64,000 bases of DNA from Amoebidium appalachense (Eukaryota > Protista > Ichthyosporea). Made by a program: the position numbers and the translations under genes. The notes below the pieces were generated by a model, which was not told where the DNA came from, searched no databases, and was given only the letters and a program-made list of their open reading frames with translations. The stretch covers positions 328,963-392,962 of the forward strand of contig CAVNZM010000009.1 in NCBI GenBank assembly GCA_963693365.1, written 5' to 3'. Within the stretch, counting starts at the first letter, position 1, and every line of letters begins with the position of its first letter. Positions 32,996-64,000 of the stretch are shown here, one piece after another.

Positions 32996-34629
32996 GGAAG
33001 TTTGACGCAGCGCCATGAAGCCGATAAGTATATCTACTGGCTATCTAAACGCTAGACACAAGCTCTCATGCAAAATGTTTACAAGAGATGAAATATAGAG
33101 AAAATTAGGTTAGAAAATAAGATACTACATGTAAATAAAAACAAATGTTTTGAATAAGCCAAGAGTTTTTTTGATCACTGATGCTTTAAGCACTGTTCAA
33201 GCACACTATTATTTGTCTATTCATGTTTTATCTCAAAAATATTATTTATCAATCTGTTAGTGTATGGGGATTCGGCTCTCAACCTGCCTGCGCTCTGGGG
33301 GGAAGGGAGGCTGCTCCGGCCGAGGGGTCGACCGCAGTGCGTGAGGCCGTGTGTGCGTGTGCGTGTGCGTGTGTGCGTGCGTGTGTGTGTGTGTGTATGT
33401 GTGTGCCTGTACATGTGTGCCTGCGTCTACGTATGTGTGGGTCTGTGCGTGCGTGCGTGCGTGTGCGTGTGCGTGCGTGTGCGTGTGTGACGATGTGTTT
33501 GTGTGAGCCGTCGCTGGCATCTGTGTACGTGTGACTGTGTGTGCATATTTGTGTGCGTGTGTGCGTGTGTGTGCCTGTGTGTGTGTGCGTGCGTGTGTTT
33601 GTGTGTGTGTGCTTGTGCGCTTGTGTGCATCCGTGTATGTACGCGTACGTGCATGTGTGCATGCGCGTGCACTCGTACAACGGTGTGAGCTGGCGGGTAG
33701 CTGGGGAAGGGATGTTGGCCGCTGCAAGTGCGTGTGGTTGAAGCACCACCCGAGAAGCCCCTTGGCACTAATTAAAGAACTCAATATGTATTGATGCCGA
33801 ACTGTAGTTGTTCGTTCTGTTTGTACTTGGTCTTGAATGATTTTGAAAGTCCCCCTAAGAAGCCGGTAGTATGACCGTATATACACGGTGCCGGATATGT
33901 GCAGGTGCAACTGGAACTCGAACAACGGCCGGGGTTCCATCCGTGTGTGTACATCATGGCACTGCAGTATCTGGATAGATGGTTTGTCAGAGTGCTGCTT
34001 TGACCAGGACCACGCAAGGCACGGGGTAAGCTTCGAAGCCTTCGCCGGCACTGGCCAATCTTTCGAGACTGCGCAATAATTCATTTCACAAGACAAGCAA
34101 ATAGGGCCCGGGGTGGTACCGGTCTGTAACAGTTTCACGCACGAAGTAGAACTTCACAGTGCCAGACGCACGGCCAGGTCTTGGCCGACAGAGCATGCCA
34201 GCGGACCGGCATTCAGTTCAGCAGCCCCCTTCTCTCCCCCCCCCCCCCCCCCCCCCCCCCATCACCACCACCACAACCGGTTCACTTCAAACATACCGAC
34301 AAACAATAGTTGAGTCGTTAGAAGTGCCGTACACTTCCTTTGATTTCAACCCTTTCTACAAACCCCCAGGCACCATGACTCAGATAAGGCACCAGGGCCA
34401 CAGTTTGTTTATTGCAGCCACCAGCAGCCCTCCCGTCCACAGCAGCACTCCTTACATACTGACCATCTGCAGGGCACACCTGTCATCAGCAACTGTGATG
34501 TGCAACGTGCAACGGTCTGGCTCAGAAAATACACCAGTGCGCAGCGCTAGAAAGCAAAAGTGTTTAATTGGCTATGCCAACCCCCTCCAGCGAGAGAGAG
34601 AGAGCCGGAGGGGGAGAGGGGGGGGGGGG

Positions 34630-35097
34630 TTTGAATGCGGAACACAGTACGAAGTACGCATAGACGATGAGAAGCATGATGCAGGACACATGCAAAGGCA
34701 AACATTCAAGTATGCAGCATCAGCCATGCGCACAGTATGCGTCATAAGCAGAGCCCATCCTCAGGGAGGGCCCAAGTCATCAATTGCGTCTGAGTTTCGA
34801 CCCCTTAGCCCGCGTATATACGACGCTCCAACTCAGACAGCAGCATCAACTGAACTTGGGTGGGTCAACCCGTCTTGATCAAAGACGAGCAGGGTTGCTT
34901 ATGCAAGCAAGGTGAGCAAAACGGTGAAGATGTGTGTGCAAACTAATGCAGTGCAGCGACAAACGCGTATGTGCTTACAGATGCACGACACAGAGCAACC
35001 ATGCCCGGTTGCATGGAAGTAAAGATGTCTCCACACAGTGGTCTGTCCTGAAAGGACACCTCTGAAAGAAGACAGGGGGGGTTTGAATGCGGAACAC
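34630..35097 (-). mobile_element. Structured retroposon-like repeat, subfamily A, longest copy
   Basis: ~400 bp nearly identical to 59885-60284, plus 44 further bp and a repeat of its own end (tttgaatgcggaacac at 34630 and 35082). Confidence 0.85.
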
Positions 35098-35234
35098 GGG
35101 GGGGGGGGGGGGGGGGGGAGGAGGGAGGGAAGACAACTCAAAAATGGTGCATAACGGACATCGCCGTAGAAACGGACAACACAAAGCAGGGGGGGGGGGG
35201 GGGGGGGGAGGGAGAGAGAGAAAAAGAGAGAGAA

Positions 35235-35268
<34 letters not shown>

Positions 35269-35540
35269 GAGGGGAAGAGAACGTCGTACACAGGAAGAAA
35301 TGACACGGATAGAGCACAATTTGGTTGGTTCGAAAGAGGAATTCACATACACGCAAGGTACAACACCTAAATCATAAGAGGAAAAAAACATGATGGTGCA
35401 GGAGGGAAGACAGCAGGGGGAGGAAGCATTCCACATGACCTAGCAGTCTTCGAATGTGCCCACACCACCCGTGCAACATACGAGAGGCAAGAGAAAGCCG
35501 CAGGGGAAGGGAGGGAGGAAGGGAGAGGGGGGGGGGGGGG

Positions 35541-35676
35541 TTTGAATGCGGAACAAGGTACGAAGTATGCATATACGATGAGAAGGACACATGCAAAGGC
35601 AAACATTCAAGTATGCAATATCCGCCATGCACGCAGTATGCGTCATAAGCAGAATCCATCCTCAGGAGGGGCCCCC
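35541..35676 (-). mobile_element. Subfamily A copy, 5'-truncated
   Basis: tttgaatgcggaacaaggtacgaag...ctcaggaggggccc between G-runs. Confidence 0.8.
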
Positions 35677-35802
35677 GGGGGGGGGGGGGGGGGGGGGGGG
35701 GGGGAGGATAAGAGGTTCATTTCGGCAAGAGAAAGAATAGCAGGGGATAGTACGAGTGGCTCAAGCACACACGAACAATTTCCGTGGTAGTGGTCGTAAT
35801 GT

Positions 35803-35847
<45 letters not shown>

Positions 35848-36055
35848 GGTTTAGTTGGCTAGAAAGAGACACACAGAGGTCGGGGAAAGATGGGCAAAAT
35901 GACTACGGGTGGTGGCAGGAGGGGCAAATTAGAAAGAGGAGGGCGGGATGGAAGCCTCAGAACAGCAGAATGCATTCGTGCATGTGCCTATTAACGTTGG
36001 CAAAGGAGCAGGGTGGGCTGGGTGGAAGGATGGGGGGTGCAGTTGGGGTGGGGTG

Positions 36056-36094
<39 letters not shown>

Positions 36095-36134
36095 AAGGGG
36101 AGGGAGGGGAGGGAGAGAGGTAAGTGGCACATAC

Positions 36135-36344
36135 CTGCTGCTTCCACTCTGAGCCAGTGATTTTACGGTCCCTGGCAGCCATCAACCGGTCCCAATCATC
36201 CACACGGTAACGGCCCACCTATCAACAACACAAATCGTTAGACGCTGACGACTGGCCATCCCCTTCCCCTTTCCTAAAATGAAGAGAAATGAGAAGGGAA
36301 AGAGAGAAAAGCAAGGGAATAAAACAAGGAGGCGCAGCCACAAA

Positions 36345-36403
<59 letters not shown>

Positions 36404-36907
36404 CCACAGAGCTGATTGCCTAGAGGCCAGGTACCAGCAGCATGTAAAAAAAAAAACACCAAATATGCAGGTTTAGGCAAGAACACGAAAGGTTTAGAGG
36501 GGCAACTCAAGAGTGTGTGTGAGCACAGCCAAAAGAGCCCCTTAACTTCAAAAGTAAATTTTTTTTTCTTCATTCCAGGAAATTCTAACACGTTTTTACT
36601 ACAAAGAACCCACAGGCACAGGGCACATCACGACCAGAACCCGGCGATTGCTGCAGGCAAAGTGTGTGTGTGTGTGTGCGTGTGTACCTGTGTTGCACGA
36701 GCACCGTGGGTGTGTATCGTTGTGTTTGCGTTTACAGTGTGAACGTGTGAAGGGTGTCTGAACCTCGCGCTGCCAAGTGGCCCATCAATGGTCCGTTTGG
36801 TTGAACTTGTATATACTTGTAACCGTATGTGTTCGTGCTCATGTACTTGTGTGGGCAAACGGGAGGCTTTGGAGAGAGCGTAGGTTTGGCACAGGCAGTT
36901 ACTGCAA

Positions 36908-36945
<38 letters not shown>

Positions 36946-36946
36946 A

Positions 36947-36978
<32 letters not shown>

Positions 36979-36987
36979 CTTGCTTGT

Positions 36988-37055
<68 letters not shown>

Positions 37056-37491
37056 CTGCGTGCTTACTGCATTGATGAGTGTGCGTCTTGTATGTGTATG
37101 TGTACCTGCAGGCGGGAGCGTGTTCGTGCGCGCATGTGTGTGTGCGTGCGGGCGCCCGCGCGTGTGTGTGTGCCTGTGGGCGCGCACAGGTGCCTGTACG
37201 CGGAGGTCCATACAAGGGTGAGTGCGTCTGTGTGCGGGTGAGCAACCAAATAGACCGTGCGTGCCTGCGAGTAGGCATCCGTACGGTGTTGTGTTTTTGT
37301 GTCAGCTACTTGCGCACGACTCTGCCTATACTCGTGCTCGTGTAAGTGCCTGTCCACACGCAATAGAAAGTAAACAGGGACACACGCACCCCAGTGCCCG
37401 AGTTCAGGTAGTTGACGGCGCGCACGCCCACGTTGGCCACCACAATGGTGCCGAAGATAATGCCCGTAGGCAGCAGCGATTGGTACCACAT
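36135..37491 (-). CDS. NDUFA1: NADH:ubiquinone oxidoreductase subunit NDUFA1/MWFE-like; final exon not located
   Basis: Exon 37491-37390 MWYQSLLPTGIIFG...; exon 36218-36135 VGRYRVDDWDRLMAARDRKITG, matching the MW..LP and D.WDR.M..RD..LTG motifs of this family. Confidence 0.8.
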
Positions 37492-37835
37492 GTTGGCTCC
37501 TTGCGTCCTTCACAAAAGGGGCGAACGGCAAAAGTGAAGAGGGTGGCCTGGTGCAGCCAACCACCAGGAACTACAAAATGTGAAAATGTACCAAAAACCC
37601 CAAGTACTAAAACATACATCTAAAAAAAAGAAATTCATGAAATTGTGGCAGGTAATTGCGGGCCAAATTGTGTCAATGTCCCAAAAATACGGAAACAATA
37701 ACTCGTATAACAGAAAAACACCCACACTTGTCCACGCCAAGTTGACTTCAGACAGACACAGAGGGCTTAAGCTTGAGCACGAGGGAGGGAGCAAATTTCA
37801 CAGAGGGAGAGACTCACTCCCACCCGCACGAAAAA

Positions 37836-38254
37836 ATGGCCACCGCACAGGCACAGGTGCACGGCAGCACCGAGCTAGACACACCCACAATAGGCTACGG
37901 TAGTTTTCTAGCGTTCTGTGGTGTCATGTTGGGTGCGGGGTTTGGTCTGGGCATAGTGGCCGCACGTAGGTCGGCAAGACCGGGCAAGATACAAGCACTC
38001 ATCAACAGAGAATTGGGCGTGCCAACACACGCAGAGAAGATAGAGAATGCCACCTTGGCTGCGCAGGTGGAGGGATATGGCATAGGGGAGGGGGCTGAGA
38101 TGACAAAGGAGGACATGGGGCTGGCAGTCAGGGCGCTGGGGATGGGCACGGTGGCCGTGGTGGCGGTGATGGGCTCGGTGGGCGCGACAGTGCTCTATGC
38201 TCTGGGCGTGAAGAATGTAGGTGGTCACGTGTGCTCAAGATTCATTACGGTTAT

Positions 38255-38297
<43 letters not shown>

Positions 38298-39111
38298 TGG
38301 TGGGGTGTGTGTGTGTGTGCGTGTGTCTGTCGGGGGGGGGGGGGGGGGGGGAACGGGGGGATGAGTCGGCTGTATGTGTGCCTTCGTGCTCCACTGCGAT
38401 GAAACATGCAGGATCAGTCACACACGCGCAAACACCTAGGCACCTACACTTGCAGGCATACACACTCTCCCAGGCATGCACACAGCTACACGCACATGCA
38501 AACACACACACACACACACACAAACGTGCCGGCAGGCAATGTCAGAGTATTTCTGGTGTTCTATTCACACCGACAGGCACACTCCTGAGGCCTTCATGGC
38601 CACCTGTTTTGCTCTTCACCACTTGTTGTCCTTTGCTGCCCCTCTAGCCTCCCCCCACTACCTGCTAACACCCAAGTTCAATGATACCCATTTTTACTCC
38701 CACTAACTAACAAAAACGTCACTGTCACACAAGCCTGCACGTCTGCACATCCGCGCGCGCGCACACACACACACACACACGAGCACATGGGCACACACGC
38801 ACCTATATCCCCCTGCATTCTCCCCCCCCCCCCCCCCCCCCCCCCCCCCAAGGTGGGCTTTTGTATGATGCATACTCCTTGTGTGCTTGGTTTAAAAAGT
38901 TTTTTTAAAAAGGTCTGTTGGTGTTTGCCTTCGTGAATATGTACGCTGCACACTGTAACACATATTAACCTTCCACATCTGGTTACAGCCCAAGGACTTT
39001 CGGCAGCGCATGGAGAGCAGTCTGCAGCAACACACAGTGCCCCTCAATGAGTATGGGAAGAGGGTTAACCCAAACCCGGTGAGGGAGGGGGAGGAGGAGG
39101 ACGAGAACTAG
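37836..39111 (+). CDS. TMEM242: TMEM242-like mitochondrial membrane protein, two exons (37836-38216, 38989-39111)
   Basis: FLAFCGVMLGAGFGLGI and LAVRALGMGT...YALGVKN|PKDFRQRM match the family motif LALRALGWGS...ALGV....DFR..M. Confidence 0.75.
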
Positions 39112-39179
39112 TGTGTGTGTGGTGTGTGTGGGGGGAGGGGGGGGGGGGGGGAAGAGGAGGGAGGGAGGAAGGTGTGTGT

Positions 39180-39231
<52 letters not shown>

Positions 39232-39809
39232 TTGTGTATGTGGGCTAGATATAGGACGTGGTATGAGGGCGGCATGAATGGGGATCGGGTTTTGGTTTTT
39301 TATGAAGTAACCAGTATCACGTCAAACAGGGCCACATGTACTAGACACCTAAGTGTATGTTGGGCAGGAAGTACCTTTTTTGGCACAACATATTAACACC
39401 AACCGTGCACTCGATTGGGATAGTGCACTTGCACACTCTGGAATGAATGTATAGCAATGCTAGCTGCGTAGAATGTGTGATGAATACATACTTGTGTTGT
39501 ACATATCCTGACAATGTCGGCCGACATGCCGATAACACCGAAGAAAGACCTGATTATTCACGAGTAAAGAAAAATTATAAAGTTCAACTTTACCCCTGCT
39601 TGTCTGCTCTGGCATGTATTCTGTGTTGAAGGTGAACGGTTAACTATTTGCACAGGTGCATATGGGTAGTTGATACATCACAGTTAACGGGAAGGACCGG
39701 GTTCCACGGGGCAGGTGGCATTAACACAATCGGTGGTTGGTCCGACTGGGCGGATGTGCGGGAGGGTGTACTCGCGCGCGCGCATGTGTGTGTGTGTGTG
39801 TTGGGGGGG

Positions 39810-39840
<31 letters not shown>

Positions 39841-40468
39841 ATGATGCCATGATGATTTTTTAGATTAAGCTTTGGCCAAGTAGTAGTTGGCTCTGTTTTA
39901 TTTGAATAAGGAACTGAATTGAGTGCACAGCACCGACAGCAGCCTATTTTCTCGCTTTGTGTTCTTCATGCAAATTACGTTTCAAAACCTCTGTGTTATT
40001 ACATGTGCACACATTCACATATACTTCGTGCACCTACGTTAGACATCTCCTGAGTACTGGGCCAGTACGTGGGCTATGTGCCTGCACACATCGACTGAAC
40101 ACGGTAATCCATGGGCAAGTGCGAGATATGTGCAAACTGCCACAGATGATTCATTAAACCCCCCCCCCCCCCCCCAACACACACACACACACACACACCA
40201 CCACCACCACCACCACCCATCCACCCACCCACTCACCCGGTGCACCCACACACACACCAAAAAAAAAAAAAAAAAAAAGGAAAAGGAAAAAAGAAAGAGA
40301 AAAAACATGTTGAACAAACAAACAAACAAAAGATGAAAAAAAAAAGACAAACAGAAGGGATATTCATTACATACAACTTGCAATATCCACAGCTTACACA
40401 ACAGACTCACGGTGAACACTGCCCCCCCTCCCCCCCCCCCCCCCTCCTGCCCCCTCTTTCTTGCCCTT

Positions 40469-63286
<22,818 letters not shown>

Positions 63287-64000
63287 CTGCCATTGGCTTG
63301 TTAGTTTTATGCATGCACGGTGATTGGGTGTGATAAAAGACCCCTTAGTATGCAACACCCAGGTTCGGGCATCTCTTATCAGATTTGGAGCAGCTATTAT
63401 CCATTAAGAAGCGCTAGGGGGTGAGCACGGGGTTCTGTGGTGCATACATTATCGCCTTTACACCAATAAATGTTTATGGAATTACAAGCGCCTAAATCGT
63501 AATTACACAGGCCGATGTTGGTTGTGGTAGTGCATAGCTCAAAAGAACAAAAGCTCCTAACGGAGTCACAACATTGCCTGTGTGGCTGCATGGTACATCC
63601 CCTGTGTTTGTGTTGCAGCACGAGGGGTGCACCAGGGGGAAGGGGGAAGACAGGGAGGGGGAAGGAGGAAAGGTTGAAAGCGTGTGCCGCAGCGTGCTTG
63701 GGGGGGCAAAGGCGCCGAGGGGGGGGGAGGGGAGGGGGGAGGGGGGGGGAGGGGGGGGGGGGGGGGAGGGGGGCTCTTGGTCACCTCCACATCCCCCTGC
63801 TGTGTGTCTTCCTCCCACTCCCCCTTCTCCTCTGCAAACAGTCGGCCCGCAGCGGCTGCCTCCTCTGCACAAGAATTTTGTAGAGCCCCCTATTACACAT
63901 AGAAGCCCCCCCAAGTACATAGAACCCAACCTTAAAGCAAACACATAACAAGCCACATGTGCAAACCCCCCCCCTCCCCCTCGTTCTCCCCCCCCCCCCC

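Noticed and set aside
33700-34560. Possible coding exons (ORF 33257-34138, or the last NDUFA1 exon)
   Set aside because: No recognisable motif and no unambiguous splice sites; left unannotated.
34742-34905. Hammerhead ribozyme in the repeat (CUGAGGA, CGAAAC; CUGAUGA...GAAAC in the 29.3-kb copy)
   Set aside because: Stems I-III could not be formed consistently around the core motifs, and CUGAUGA is not conserved among subfamilies.

Overview
Eukaryotic genomic DNA, probably from a unicellular opisthokont (an inference from the protein styles). Introns are packed with poly-C/G tracts and (CA)n microsatellites, which generate most of the spurious ORFs in the track. There are two compartments. 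(1) Positions ~1-19.1 kb form an accessory, virus-like island: intronless orphan ORFs, a membrane-anchored CxxC-repeat protein, a giant-virus-type Cys/His zinc-motif protein, a PD-(D/E)xK nuclease, a spliced divergent KDM4-like JmjC demethylase and many unrelated minisatellites. The island ends in a 400-bp, nearly perfect GC-rich palindrome that abuts a TIR-bounded element. (2) Positions ~21.8-64 kb carry ordinary multi-exon host genes: MCM7 (-), NDUFA1-like (-) head-to-head with TMEM242-like (+), and the 3' part of UGGT (-). At least eight copies of a structured, 5'-truncated retroposon-like repeat are scattered through compartment 2; the six best-preserved copies sit inside poly-C tracts and have no poly-A tail, and the family shows base-pair covariation between subfamilies. 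All calls come from reading by eye and no database searches were run. Several frameshifts fall in homopolymers and may be sequencing errors.
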